Below, piece by piece: positions 38,501 through 50,072 of a stretch of 64,000 nucleotides of DNA. The notes under the pieces are model-generated. The model had not been told where the DNA came from. It ran no database searches and saw only the letters and a list, made by a program, of their open reading frames with translations. Both the position numbers and the translations under genes were made by a program. Within the stretch, counting starts at the first letter, position 1, and the number at the start of each line of letters is the position of its first letter. The DNA is taken from NCBI GenBank assembly GCA_002633005.1, contig NMRA01000239.1:124497-188496 (forward strand), read 5' to 3'. Source of the stretch: Phoronis australis (Eukaryota; Animalia; Phoronida).

Positions 38501-39510
38501 ATTTTGAGTCCTTATTTGGCATCTGTGCTGTATATGATGGGAACGATGGGCGCATACCAACGCACGGTGTTACTTTTGGATTTATAAGAGGTATCAAGTT
38601 TAACCAGTTCCTTAGTCTTTTTCTTTTGTGTTGGAGAAACTCCAATGGACATTTGAAAATTAATTACTGATGGACAGTTTCATGGTAAAATATTTTTTTC
38701 TGAAAATGTTTTCTGTTATCGGAAACTGAAAATTTCACCTTTTCTGTTCATCTTACATTAATAGATGTTACTTTTTTCCTGTTACTTTCTTCCACTGCAG
38801 GTCCTACATGGAAAAGATGTATAACTACACCGAGCTGGCAGTGGAATTGAACGAGTTGGAGGAGGGCGTGGCACCTACAGACTCGCGCCTACGGCCAGAC
38901 CAACGGATGATGGAGAACGGTGACTGGGATGGTGCCAACAAGGAGAAGTTGAGACTTGAGGAGAAACAGCGGGCGGCACGCCGGCGGCGGGAGACTGAAA
39001 TGGAGGCTGCTACTGCATCAGGTAAGTGATGCAAGCCTGGCTTTGTACGTAGTTTGTTATCGAAATAAGGTAGACACAATCTTGTCGAAGTCGTGACCAT
39101 GAAAAAATGGAATGGAAAAAGTCAGTCAGTTACAAATTGTGAGTGTGCAGAGGGTAACTTATCTGCACAGATAAAGACAACATGTACAGAAAGTCAGATT
39201 ATAATGGGAGACTTTCAACTAGCAGCTTTATGATTGATCACATGCGATCAGATACCAGTGGCCTCTAGAGGACGAGGAGGCATTTTATAACTTTTGTTTA
39301 AAACGCACTCCATGTAATCACATACACTGTAAAAGAGTCTTTTCATGAAGTCAACCTGTTCCCCTAGGTGCTGAACACTCAGGCTACCAGCCAGCATGGT
39401 TCAGGAAGGAGATTGACAACACAACGGGCAACCCTATACATGTGTTCAACGATGAATATTGGCTTCATAAAGATAAACAAGACTGGTCAAGGAGTGGCGA
39501 CATCTTCTGA
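5405..39510 (+). CDS. OSBP: Oxysterol-binding protein (OSBP/OSBP2 family), complete 13-exon gene, ~761 aa
   Basis: join(5405..5529,9150..9355 [or allelic 10983..11188],17350..17603,25239..25431,26950..27052,28345..28495,33937..34092,34567..34812,35962..36079,37108..37307,37914..38083,38801..39021,39368..39510). Total 2286 nt, all GT-AG, phases consistent. PH domain [22 protein letters not shown]-like [18 protein letters not shown] signature [32 protein letters not shown]-terminus DIF*. Confidence 0.96.
6047..6198 (-). mobile_element. Solo LTR with tRNA-type A/B boxes (Helenus-like TRIM)
   Basis: TG...CA ends; 4-bp TSD ACTG (6043-6046 / 6199-6202); reverse complement of the LTRs at 6251 and 6628. 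Confidence 0.85.
6251..7100 (+). mobile_element. Complete non-autonomous miniature LTR retrotransposon (TRIM) with tRNA-derived LTRs
   Basis: 5' LTR 6251-6406; PBS TGGCGTAGTCGGCA 6409-6422 (tRNA-Ser 3' end); PPT AAGAAAGGGGGGAA 6614-6627; 3' LTR 6628-7100 (interrupted); TSD GTAA; A box TAGCTGAATGG 6321; B box GGTTCGATTCC 6364. Confidence 0.88.
6674..6985. mobile_element. MITE inserted in the TRIM 3' LTR
   Basis: Imperfect TIRs GTGGCAGATCCAGG / CCTAAATCCGCCTA; flanking direct repeat TGTTAGCTA. Confidence 0.75.
7381..7645. mobile_element. tRNA-derived repeat followed by a PBS-like tRNA-Lys 3' end
   Basis: A-box-like TGGTGAGTCTGGTTAG and B-box-like GGTTCGAAACT; then CCATGTTGGGCGCCA (tRNA-Lys 3' end with CCA) and a short TGTTGC...GCAACA unit. 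Confidence 0.45.
9150..9355 (+). CDS. OSBP: OSBP exon 2 (PH domain), copy A
   Basis: ccag|[16 protein letters not shown]...[21 protein letters not shown]...G|gtacgt. Confidence 0.85.
9770..9990 (-). mobile_element. tRNA-derived SINE-like element (allelic copy at ~11600-11822)
   Basis: Minus-strand B box GGTTCGAGTCC with tRNA-like context and a T-rich tail. Confidence 0.5.
10983..11188 (+). CDS. OSBP: OSBP exon 2, copy B (probably the other allele)
   Basis: Exon sequence appears identical to 9150..9355; lies in the duplicated block after the N at 10017. Confidence 0.7.
11877..12321. mobile_element. MITE
   Basis: 26-bp TIRs CTGTGCCGGGTTGCATGAAATGGTCC / GGACCATTTCATGCAACCGGGCACAG (1 mismatch). 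Confidence 0.8.
16181..16274. repeat. 31-bp tandem repeat, 3 copies
   Basis: Unit atgaggtcctctgtaacttactgtgttgtct. Confidence 0.85.
17350..17603 (+). CDS. OSBP: OSBP exon 3
   Basis: ttcag|AT ...[50 protein letters not shown]...[10 protein letters not shown]|gtacaa. Confidence 0.92.
25239..25431 (+). CDS. OSBP: OSBP exon 4 (coiled coil)
   Basis: ttcag|[45 protein letters not shown]...A|gtgagt. Confidence 0.92.
26950..27052 (+). CDS. OSBP: OSBP exon 5 (FFAT motif)
   Basis: ttgcag|CAG tandem acceptor; [35 protein letters not shown]|gtaggt. Confidence 0.85.
28345..28495 (+). CDS. OSBP: OSBP exon 6
   Basis: gcag|[20 protein letters not shown]...DSISNN|gtaagc; completes HKRTGS as in vertebrate OSBP. 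Confidence 0.85.
28773..29131. repeat. 39-bp minisatellite, ~9 copies
   Basis: Unit tttacatcacaatttacccttttcattacaactggtatt. Confidence 0.93.
30394..30659. repeat. 17-bp minisatellite, ~15 copies
   Basis: Unit tgtgatattgccat(t/a)ca. Confidence 0.92.
31324..31402 (+). mobile_element. tRNA-like SINE head or tRNA pseudogene
   Basis: GCTCCCG...TGGGGGT acceptor-like stem with several G:U pairs; A box TGACTCAGTGG; perfect B box GGTTCGAATCC; non-canonical anticodon arm. Confidence 0.6.
31884..32650 (+). mobile_element. 5'-truncated Penelope-like element: Cys-rich linker plus GIY-YIG endonuclease
   Basis: [10 protein letters not shown]...[17 protein letters not shown]...CNKTRCKMC...[19 protein letters not shown]...RFRNH...HF...[11 protein letters not shown]; terminal PHGLN is frameshifted; no RT seen upstream. 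Confidence 0.88.
33937..34092 (+). CDS. OSBP: OSBP exon 7 (ORD start)
   Basis: ttacag|KSDSKSS...[33 protein letters not shown]|gtaagt. Confidence 0.93.
34567..34812 (+). CDS. OSBP: OSBP exon 8
   Basis: ttacag|[16 protein letters not shown]...[15 protein letters not shown]...ICEQ|gtgggt. Confidence 0.95.
35962..36079 (+). CDS. OSBP: OSBP exon 9
   Basis: ttcag|[40 protein letters not shown]|gtaagt. Confidence 0.95.
37108..37307 (+). CDS. OSBP: OSBP exon 10
   Basis: gacag|GT IMHLRF...[21 protein letters not shown]...[11 protein letters not shown]|gtaagg. Confidence 0.95.
37914..38083 (+). CDS. OSBP: OSBP exon 11
   Basis: cgtag|[29 protein letters not shown]...LWKRKYP CC|gtgagt. Confidence 0.93.
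38801..39021 (+). CDS. OSBP: OSBP exon 12
   Basis: ctgcag|[19 protein letters not shown]...[34 protein letters not shown]...G|gtaagt. Confidence 0.95.
39368..39510 (+). CDS. OSBP: OSBP last coding exon
   Basis: cctag|[51 protein letters not shown]. Confidence 0.93.
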
Positions 39511-42500
39511 GCATGTGTCGCAGATGAGCCTTTGTGTGCTGTTGGTTCAGAAGGGAGGGGATTACTGGGTGCTACCACGACGACGTTTAAATATAGAACC
39601 CTGTTGCCAAGCGCTTTGTGAATATGCTCAAGTGTATTTAAATGAATTGTTGCACAAACCCTTCATGTGACTTTGTTAATAATTTGGTGGCAATGTTAGG
39701 TTTGATTCCATGTCCATTTTCAAGTACATGTGTGGTAATAATGTAACAAGTTTACGAGAGAAAATCAAAATTAATGAATGAACTGTATCGCATGCTGGTC
39801 CCAACTACGTGAGCAGTGAGTCACAATAAGCAGACGTTAAACTGTGGTAATGCACTGCAGAGTTTGAGTCTTCAAATGATACCGTGTATTGGGTAACTGG
39901 AAAATTGTGCTCTACCCCCTCTCTCTCTTGCTTCATATTGATTTCTAAAGTTTGTGTTCTACGGCGCCTTTTCCATTTTACCCGAGCCACTTAGAAGTTG
40001 TTAGTGGCCCATGTTGCCAATGTATACACATGGGTTACGTTTGTGTTGCTGTCACATTTCTATAGCTTTAAATTGATACTGGTTATAAAGAGTTATAAAG
40101 AGTGATCTTGTCAAAGTGCTAGGAATGCAATCATGATATGATGAAATCGAGGCCCTTCTGTGAATACTAATTAGTACCATATGTAGCTTGGAAGAACTTA
40201 ATATGGTTATTACAAGTGCAATACGTAGAAACTGGAACTAGAAATGCGATAGGAATTATGATATCCTGCGAGTAATATCCATAGCCTAGTATTGTTTAGT
40301 TACCTGCTATTACTTCTAGAAAATTTCGTTGTTTGTTTAGTCAAATTAACCCCTCTATCGCCTAGAGTAAACTCATTTCGTAACAATATATTGGACCATT
40401 ATCAGGTGGCACATGCTTCCTGTTGTGTGCCAAGGTATGTGGGACACAGTGCATGTATACTTTAAGTAGAGTAAAGGTTGTCCTGATTCTGTTGTTAATG
40501 GTATAGTTCATTGTAAGGGGTGAGCAGACTGTTCCACTATTCTGGAGGTGTAACCAGCGAGGTGACAGTATGAATCAATAAAACCAAAATGATTTTCAAA
40601 TCCTTGATAGCAGAATAAAATTATCCGCTCAAAATCATTTCCCAGATGCTTGTAATTATGTGGCCATGTTTTTCAGAGTTTACTGAACTTTTCAGACATG
40701 AAGTAAACGTAGCCTCAGAACATCCTGTGAAAAGTTCGAAGGCCTTCATTCTTGACCATGTTGTTCTTAAGTTAAAAGGCCTTTTAAGTTGATCCCAGAC
40801 AAAGATTTGTCTCTAGAATTAATGTTTTATAAAAAACAAGGAGACTTGTGCTGACAATTTTCCTCGCGTATGCACATTTGAACATGAAGGGCTGAACAAA
40901 TGAATAGTTGCATATGTCGACTAAAAAGTGAAAGATGTTTGAAGGGCATGAATTTTGGAAGTACATGCAAGCATAAACTATAGTGCATGGACCACCAACT
41001 CCGTATATTTTCAATGGACGAAATCTGTGATGTTACGCATAAGCCATGAGGTCACTATTCACTAGCGACACGTGGCAAAATTAGCTAGTTTTACTCTGGG
41101 CAAGTACGTCGTCTACTAATCATGGTCGATTGTTGTGTGGTCGGGTGCCAAAAGTACTCACAATACCAACAGTTCTATTATTGGAAAACTTTGAACAACG
41201 TTTCAGTGCCAAAATTTCTTTTTTTCACTGTACTGGACAGTAAAATAGATACGAGAATGCATTTCCCGTCACAATATACTAACCGGAAACTGAAATTGGT
41301 AATTTAGGAGAGTGGTGCCTCCTCCAGGATACTACGCAAGAAAATCTTGCGAATCTGTTGTCTATAAGATATGATGCAAGTATTCATTTACGTCAAGCAT
41401 GGGTCGCAATGCATCAGAACACTTAGTGTCATTACTCTGTGTGGGCTTTCACTAATAAAGGCCAAAGACTCGCATACTAAACTTACCATTGTAGCGTTAG
41501 AGGTGTGTTGTTATTTGTGCTTCCACGTGTGTAGTCAGAGGTTAATAGTTCCTAATGTAACGATGAATATTCATGGTAGTGTTCAGAAACTGATGTACAG
41601 GTCTATGCTTCAATACAAAAGCTGCGACTCGCAAAATGGAAAAGCTGCGGCTCGCAATTCTTTTTGTCAAACTGGATCAAAAAAAATTGTTGAGTGAGGG
41701 CATCTTCAGGATCAAGTCAAGCATAGGATATATCCTGAAAAAATAGTACTTCCGTGTGGAACATTTAGGCAACAGGATTATGGTTCATGCCAAGGTCTAA
41801 ATACCAGTAAGTAAGTTTTCGTGTTTATTATCAAGCAAATACATTGCCTAGTTATTTTACTAGAAATCGCTGGATCCATAGTAATATAACATTCTTACCC
41901 ATTCCTGTAAACTGCTGTGAGCCCTGCTTCTGTCCCGAATGTGTAGCTGTAGATGAAGAATGTAGTCAAAGGTAGTCAATTGGTTTGCCGCAATTGCCGT
42001 CAATTATTTTACCTTGTGTATTCTGTATAGTGGTGCCTAAAGCAGTTGTACTCAGAGTGGGTATACGTTACATATTGAGACCACCTTAGGGACCTGTAGT
42101 TAACTTTAGGCAACATCAGACTAGTCCTATGTTTGTAGTCTCTGTGATGTTTATGCCAGCTGCAACTGGTGAATTTAACTTGTGCATTGATTTTGAGCTC
42201 TGTCATTAGTTGATAATCACACCTCATTGTTGATATTTATGTTAATTAAAGGTTAATATATCAAAACAATTTTTTGTGATAAAATGTGTAACTGGTATTG
42301 CTTTGGAGTTATGACAGAAATGGCTCTCGACATTCAAACGAACCAGCTCAGCCAGGACACGAGTCCCGAGGAGCACCGACCCCATCTGGTGGGACTAGAA
42401 AATGACAAAGTTTTAGCCACCAATTGGCTGTAGTTGATTGTTGGGGTGGAGTCATATCACTCAACTAAATTTAAATTTTTCAGTGTAATATACTGCAAAG

Positions 42501-42981
42501 ATTTTGCACAAGTCAAACATACCTTGGTATGAAGGTATAGCACTTCATGTTATTATACAAGTTCAGAAATGTACATGACAATGTATCCAGCTTATCTCAT
42601 TGAGATTAAACAATAGGTAATAACAGACATCAGCTGCCTTCCCAGGCATAATTCCATAACATGCATAAATCACATTTGCTGTGGAGTCGCCGTGAAAGAA
42701 TTACTTTTACGTCAAATGTGTCAATATTTTGAATTTCACAATCTCGGATGGTGCAGTGCAACCCACGTTACAAAAGTCTTGCATTCAAGCACACCCCACA
42801 ATATCTGCGTATTTAGAGCATTATCAAAATAGCTCTTGACATTATTATAACCCATTGTGATAGTCTGTTCATGCCACTGGCCAAGTCCACGAAGCTGACT
42901 ATCTTGAAGAACACAACTGAATTTCCTTCTATAATTTTCAGCCAGGTAGTCAGATAGCTTGATTACGAGACTTGCCCATTA

Positions 42982-43063
42982 TCATAAGTCCATAAAATCG
43001 TCCAGGTCGTCATTCGCACACACATCTGTCTTGTTTTCCTGACTGTTGAGGGCCATAATGTCA
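42982..43063 (-). CDS. CCDC117-like gene, last coding exon
   Basis: ttccag|T DIMALNSQENKTDVCANDDLDDFMDL TGA. Confidence 0.72.
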
Positions 43064-46000
43064 CTGGAATGCAAAACATGTCAGTTCCCAGTTCTAGAAT
43101 AGTGTTGTTCATGGACATAAGGAGCAAGCTACACAATTCAGAAAGTGAAAGTGAACAATCAAAGTCTACAGGCATGCTGGTGACAGAACAACATCCTACA
43201 TTTGTAAATACTTCACACGCTTAAATAAAACTACATCTAACCATTTTTTCCAACTAAACTTGAAACTTAAAGGGCTTAACATCCAATGTCTGAAAAAAGT
43301 TAAAACGTTGACCCATGTCACCAAATTTAAAAACTAAGAGCAACTGGTAAATGGTGCCTGTAAAACTGGACTTCACTGGTTTCAGATAAGAAGTGATTTC
43401 CAGTTATAAGGAATAACTGAACAATGAACTCGCTAAAACATGAAGTCCTGGTATACACCAGGAATAACAGGGTCATCATTCAAATAGAAAAGGTGAGGTT
43501 GTGTGACTTACCACTAGATACAGACACACCCTATGGCTTTACCTGACAAAATGCTAGAAATGCAATCACTCCGCATACATTAAAACTCGTGTAAGTCAGA
43601 CATTCATTTGCCTGAGTTTTGGTCAACTCTGACAAAGTTCTGCAGTAGGATTGTTCTAGCTTGTGCACTCGGCCATTCAAATAAGTCCGATTTTGCCGTA
43701 TTCGGAAGAAATCTCAGTCCTTACCTGTCAACTGATATAGCACCATTGTCCTCAGTGGAACTATCAACATTGGGTTCCTTGAGATGGCCTTCAATGATTT
43801 CAGATATTTGGCTACCAGGTGGTCTCCACAGTACAACCTGCATGGATGGGTGGGTCCTAGGGAGACAAGTGGTTTACTTAATGTTGTGATACTACAGTCA
43901 AACCATGCTACAATGAACCCTCCATGAACCTTTGTAACCTGTTTGCCATAACCGAAGTTTGTCGTAACTAAATCAATTTGGAGATACAGTACAGTTGGCT
44001 GGAGACTATCAGAATAGAACGTTACAAACCAGCTTCGTCTGCAATGTGATTCGACCATATGAAAAGAGGTACAAGTCCACTCTTAACAGGAACTTGTCAG
44101 AAAAACACAACACTTGTTCAAGAAATTGGGAAAACAGATTAGTCACACTGATGAACAAACACTATAGGCAAGTGGGAGACGCAGACAAATTTAATGAAAA
44201 TCCATCAAATAACCAGGTAGACATAGAAGCAGACGTAAAATGACAAATTATCACTAGGGGGCACAACAGCAGTTAGATCTGTCCTCTACAGAACTATGCC
44301 TCCGCATTTCCATTAAGATCCAGACGCTGCAATATGCACGTAAATAACGACTAATGTATTTGCACAACCCTTGAAAATGCATGTAAAATGAAAAGTCCAC
44401 AGCATACCAGCTTTGTATACAGGCCTTTGGTAGTATCTCTTGTGCTGTGCGTATGTGCTGTGACACTTCTTGTGACAAGACAAGGCGAGATTCGTTGACC
44501 AGCATGGTCTGTTCATTATTATTGGCATCCTCTTCGTCATCGTCCACTTGAAGCCTGCGATGACAAATGAAATCACCTCATCAGTTAATGACAACGATAT
44601 TCATTTTGACCAACACCCATGTTTGACTACAAAAGGCCACACATGAATATTCCACATTTTCACCATATAACGGATATGTTCTGGTATATGCTTAATAATC
44701 TATACAATCGTGACTTTTGGTTCATTTAGAGAACAGACATCTTAATTTGTAAAATTCTTCAGTTTGGGACACTAATTTCTGTCAATAAAAGTAACTCTTC
44801 AGGAAAATTTACTTTCCATCTGGAAAAGTTTAAAATAGCTTTTACTATAACACAACATTTGGTAAAATTTTGAGCATTTACAAGAAATGTGGTACGCATC
44901 CGAAAAACAGAAATATGGCCATTTTAATCAGTTTGTACCAAAGTGAAGAATTTTTACTGTAGTACTATCTAACCAGGATTTGAGCATCTTAAATAAACAC
45001 TGATTGACTAACAAATGGTACAGCTGCTATTTTAACTCATTTTTTACATGAAGCAGTGGACATTTCTTCAGTTACGTACGCCAAAAAACAAACACAAAAA
45101 CAAAGGCTGAGTCAATTCTCAGTTTATTTGCTAAGTGCTAAATATTGTGTACCAAGAAAAATGCAATCACACTTAAATCATGATTAACATAAAATATGAA
45201 GTTCATAACGAGTTCATACTCAATACAAAAACATTGTATTGATTATTAACTACAAACTTAAGAAAGAATTAAAATTAGGTTTTATAAAATCACTTTTCTC
45301 CCACACAAGATCACACAGTATGTGTGTGACAGTAAGCATTGCATTAAAAAACTATACTCTTTTTTAAAACCTTGAAAACGAAACAAAAATTAGAGCACCC
45401 TGACACGAAAAGCGGAAAACACACTTTACCAACACATTACATGAGTGCAGGTAGGATGTAATAAAAGTTAACCAAAAGATTCTACGCATGCAAAATAATT
45501 TCATTTCTCTTGAATGGGAGAGACATAGGCAAAGTCCACTAGTCACATGATACTGGTGATCCCTGTCACCAACTAGCTGCATAAGCAGACACTGTAAGCA
45601 ATGCAGCGGCAAACACAGAACCAGCGTTTGACAAAAAAGTACCAAAGAAAGAAGTAACAACCAGAAGACGATAACGGCCACAATTTCTCTAGGCCATTTG
45701 ATCACTGTACTTTCAAGAAGCTGGACAATTTACCTGCTATCCAGTTCCTCTAGCATTTCATGACCTCGCCTGGCTGACCAGTTCGATTCGTCACCCACAC
45801 CATCGCCACCTTCAGGACACGCCCGCCACAACCTTGTTGGCTGGCTGATTGAAACAGATGGCCTCGCTGTAATGTCCTCACGATGAAGACTGAGATCTTT
45901 CAATCTCGCCTCAGTAATATGAAGCTTAGAAGTGTAGTTGAGTTCCCTATTCAAATGGAAGTCACAAGATAAGCTTATGTTTAGAAACTAGTTTATAATG

Positions 46001-49000
46001 ACATTGACCTCATTTTGCCCATAAACAAACGATATGAAGGCAAGCCCCAAAACCTCCTTGTCTGTGATGTCACTCTTAACAGCTAAATGTTTTAGGTAAA
46101 TGCAAAGGTTGAATTGAAAACAGCACAAACTGTTAAAAGAGTATCAAAAGCTAAGCCGTCATCAACACGCACAGTAAAAACGTGAAAAAGTCAAAACTTC
46201 ACCTTTAAATGGCAAGGTTGGATTGGCTAAAATGTTATGTGAAACATTCAACAGTCAAGGTGAGTCGGTGATTGCAACTCAAAACATCTGTTCTCAGTTT
46301 GATCTGCCGATTATTTACAGACTCCTGGGACACATTCAGAATTGACTGTGATAACTTACTGTCTTTCACTCACACTGATGGAAGGAATATCTAAATTTAC
46401 CCGTTATTCGCTTCAGTTACAAATGTCAATTTAAGTGAACAAGTAGTAACTTACTCATCTGAATGCCTTTTTCTTGACTTTCGTCGCTCCTCCGACATCC
46501 TACTAAACAAACTGACAAATCACAGAAGACCACAGCAACATGGGAAAATCAATGCTTGAAACGGTCTACATTTTTCCAACATTTCAATTATTACAAACAA
46601 TTGTTAGTTACTGAGACAATCTCTATAAATTACTTCTACACTTTGATGTGTTCATAATTACTTGGCTAAAGTTTTCCTACCAATTGTGAAGTGGGTTCGT
46701 TAGACCAAACTTCTGCCTTAAAGTGGAGCATGCATGCTAATTCCCTATCTCTGTGATTGCTTGGCCGAATTAGTTGGAAACAAAACATATAGCGACGATG
46801 CGATCATGAATTAGGTTGCCAAGTGTTTTTAAGAACATTTTTACCGTGTCCAGTAAGTATCGTGGGGAATAAGACTGCATGATGAAGGCTATGAGAACCC
46901 GCGAGATATGTCATTAGTGCAAAGGTCAATTACTTTCAGATTTATTTGTTTTCACATTTACAATTCGTCAATGCATACAACTGCAATTTGTTTAGCATAG
47001 ATTATGTTCAAATAGCATTGTCGTTTAGTTTCAGCTTCACATTTGCATAGTTTGGAGCATGGAAATACATCTTCAAGTCTTTAGTCACAGACCTTTAGGC
47101 TCGCGCAATAATGGATTGTCAGTTCTTTCTAAGATTAGAAATCCTCTCTACTTCCAGTAAACATCAATTTGAGACTAATTTCTTCAACTGCAAGTGGCAA
47201 AAATCAAAAGCAAATGTTAATATAAGCTTTAACCATGAATTGCGACAGTCCATTCAGTAGCCATACCAAACTACTGTCAAAGGTTAAAAGTTTATCTGAC
47301 CCATTACACTTTTAAATAAGACAGCCTTGATTACACACAAATGTGTACTAACTTGAGAATGCTTCGATGGAAATATTTGAAGCCAAAGAAAATGGGTTTG
47401 GGAAGGGTAAATTTTTTATTAGGGTCTCTTTGACCCATTGCTCTGCAACAGCCCAAGGTTGTCACAAACTTCATATTCATGGAAGGGAATGGTGCTGCTG
47501 AGGTACACTTTTAAGGAAGTGGGTGCTCAAGGTGCACAGAGTCGGTAATTTAATAAGATAAAGCTTCGTGTAAACTAAAGCCAAGGTAAGGTAAATGTAC
47601 CATCTAGATATAACCAAGGTAAGGTAAATGTACCATCTAGATATAACCAAGGTAAGGTAAATGTACCATCTAGATATAACCAAGGTAAGGTAAATGTACC
47701 ATCTAGCTATAACCAAGGTAAGGTAAATGTACCATCTAGATATAACCAAGGTAAGGTAAATGAACCATCTAGATATAACCAAAAATGCACGCTCTCATAC
47801 CTCAATCACTTCTTGCTTACCAGACACCAAGCAAGTTTCTATTGCATCACAAAAAATAGCACTCAAGCCTTACCTGTCCACAGATTTCCCATCAAACTGG
47901 ACAGTGTGTCCCATGCACTGTGACCAAGGAAACCTCCCAGGTACACTATGCAACCAACCACTTTTATCAGAAGTATCTGGCTCACGATTACTTGCTTCTG
48001 ATACACTTTCAGGTTCTTCAATGTTCAGCAAGTCCAATCCACTAAGACGTGAGGCATCTTGTCGACTATTGACCGAGCTGTTTAAAGAGTTTGTCCAAGT
48101 ATTGCACATTTGTTGACTAGCTCCAGCAGTGACCTGTTGGCAGCCATTTACTGCGTAAGTGTTCAGTCTTGGCTGAACACTGGTGGGAGTATAACTGACA
48201 TGGTACCCTGGTATAGTGGGCTGCAGGACAGAGCCTGGCATCTGAGGCTGGGTGAATGTGGTTGGTATATGATAGCCTCCCCTGTACAAACTGTTTGCTG
48301 AGCTCATTCTGTGCTGACCAACAAGCAATTGCGTGGACGACGGAATACCAGCTGCGTAAGGGCTAGACGCCGAATTTGTGGGTGTCTGACTGCCCAGTCT
48401 GAGCAAGTCTGGATTAGACATTAGTGTACTGGTAGACTGCAACTGTGGCATGGCGTTGCGTACCATGTGTTCAGTAGTACCAAGTATGAGATCAGGTGTT
48501 GATAGGTGAAGACTACGATCAGAATACATAGCACATCCTTGAGCAGAGTAATCTGTGTCACTTATCACATCTGTAACTCTGAAAAATAATATATTGACTT
48601 GGTAATTGGCTGCATCATCATGTTGTTCACAACAGTTTTTATAAAAGTGATGAAAGGAAAATGCACAATGGCAAGCTAGCCTCATGGCCTAGTTATGGGT
48701 CCTAAGTGACCTCTTGTGCTAGGTTGTAATACACAAGGAATTTCTGGAATAGCCTCCTAGGGGCCATTCACTGTGCAGCAGCCCCCTCCTCTGGCCGTTT
48801 CGAGAACATTTCTTTTCCAAATTGATTTTGTACCCAAACATATTGGTTAAGGGGTTATTTCGGAAAAAAAGTGTTTTGCTCCACCAAATCCTTGACTGCT
48901 GACCATAGCACTCTTATTCAGCCATGATTTGTAAAGGTAAGGAGCAGTGATGGGCTGCTGTAAGCAAAATTGATCTATTGCGGTAGAGGTCAAGTACTCA

Positions 49001-50072
49001 AACTTGGTTTCGCCAAAGCTGATTAATCAAATACAGAAAGTTCCAAAAACTGACTGGCATTTTTGAGTATAGCTTTAATTCTATCTCACATATTACAATA
49101 CAATACGCTTTCAAGAACATCAAAAAACACAGCTAGTGAAAATTGTGGTTAAGGATTTTGCACAATAATACGTTATATTGGTTACTGTTTTTTAAATACC
49201 TGTTTGAATATCATGTCATTGATGGGTGACCTATGTGCTATTGGTTACTAGAGATTGGTAATCCCTTTGTAAAAATGGGAAAATGATGAGTTGTTTTGAA
49301 AAGCAACGTTGTGATGATTCACCGTTATTATGGAGTGATCCAACACTATGTCACTTAAATTATTAATTTCTAGGGTAACTTCTGAAAAATGCACCTGGCA
49401 TTATCTGACTTCCTGCTGTTTCATGTTCTCAATCAAAACACACTTTTACAACCTGCGCAACAATACATTCTTAAAATCACAGAAACAGAATGTGTGCACA
49501 AAAACTGCCAGCAAGTTTCTATTGCTTGCTCAGCAATGTCACCGACTACGAAAATTTGTCCAATTCCCATCAATAGTATGGTGCAGGAGATCTCTTCAGC
49601 ATGGCTTCAATAGATGTCTGAGGACACCTCAGTTGACAAGATGTTAGAGATAAACCTCCCAAATTTTGAGTACCAGTTTGACCCACAAAATTGCATTCGG
49701 TGTTTATGTGGTTTTCAAAATCAGGTACCACTAAAAGTGACTAGTGTCGTGATTAACACGAAACATTAATTATGGCTCTATGATGAATTGAAAGAATAAA
49801 GGAATTTTGCACAGATAAACAAATTTGTGTCAGACATGAGAAATGACCTCGAAAGAATGTGCTCAGGGAGTTTTTCAGTATTTGTTGCCTAAAGAGCCTC
49901 CTTGGGAACTCTTTCTTGGTGAGGTCCCTTTCAGAAATCCCAGGTAATACACAAACGTCGGACATTATTCAGTGGATCAAAAAGAGGAGACTACATCGCG
50001 CAATGACACATTTTGAGCTATTTAACACTGGTAATAAGCATGCATGACCTACTTAGCTTTGTATGCAAACAT
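42982..50072 (-). CDS. CCDC117 / HCFC1R1(HPIP)-family protein, 6-7 coding exons, ~447 aa
   Basis: complement(join(42982..43063,43725..43856,44408..44554,45734..45946,46455..46499,47874..48578,50053..50072?)). All introns are phase 2 GT-AG. Motifs RKRHSDEE..KLHITEARLKDLSLH, LEELDSRLQVDDDEED, RLVLSQEV, PSMQVVLWRPPG and C-terminal DDFMDL* parallel vertebrate CCDC117 (LQEIEDRII-DEDEE, PSMELVLWKP, EEMEL*) and HCFC1R1, as recalled. The first coding exon (MFAYKAK) is tentative. Confidence 0.75.
43725..43856 (-). CDS. CCDC117-like gene exon (conserved LVLW motif)
   Basis: ccctag|G THPSMQVVLWRPPGSQISEIIEGHLKEP...ISVD AG|gtaagg. Confidence 0.8.
44408..44554 (-). CDS. CCDC117-like gene exon
   Basis: tcgcag|G LQVDDDEEDANNNEQTMLVNESRLVLSQEVSQHIRTAQEILPKACIQS TG|gtatgc. 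Confidence 0.8.
45734..45946 (-). CDS. CCDC117-like gene exon
   Basis: gaatag|G ELNYTSKLHITEARLKDLSLH...EMLEELDS AG|gtaaat. Confidence 0.8.
46455..46499 (-). CDS. CCDC117-like gene, 45-nt exon
   Basis: gtttagtag|G MSEERRKSRKRHSD GA|gtaagt (NLS-like basic cluster). Confidence 0.75.
   Translation of the reverse strand, partial: DVGGATKVKKKAFR
47581..47781. repeat. 33-bp minisatellite, 6 copies
   Basis: Unit ccaaggtaaggtaaatgtaccatctagatataa. Confidence 0.93.
47874..48578 (-). CDS. CCDC117-like gene, large low-complexity exon
   Basis: tttttcag|A VTDVISD...GHTVQFDGKSVD AG|gtaagg; 705 nt open, S/T/Q/P-rich. Confidence 0.78.

Noticed and set aside
43544-43639. Additional minus-strand exon of the CCDC117-like gene
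   Set aside because: It would end in phase 0 and break the phase-2 chain to the last exon that supplies the conserved MDL terminus.
47477-47782. 101-aa ORF with VISRWYIYLTL repeats
   Set aside because: Translation of a 33-bp intronic minisatellite.
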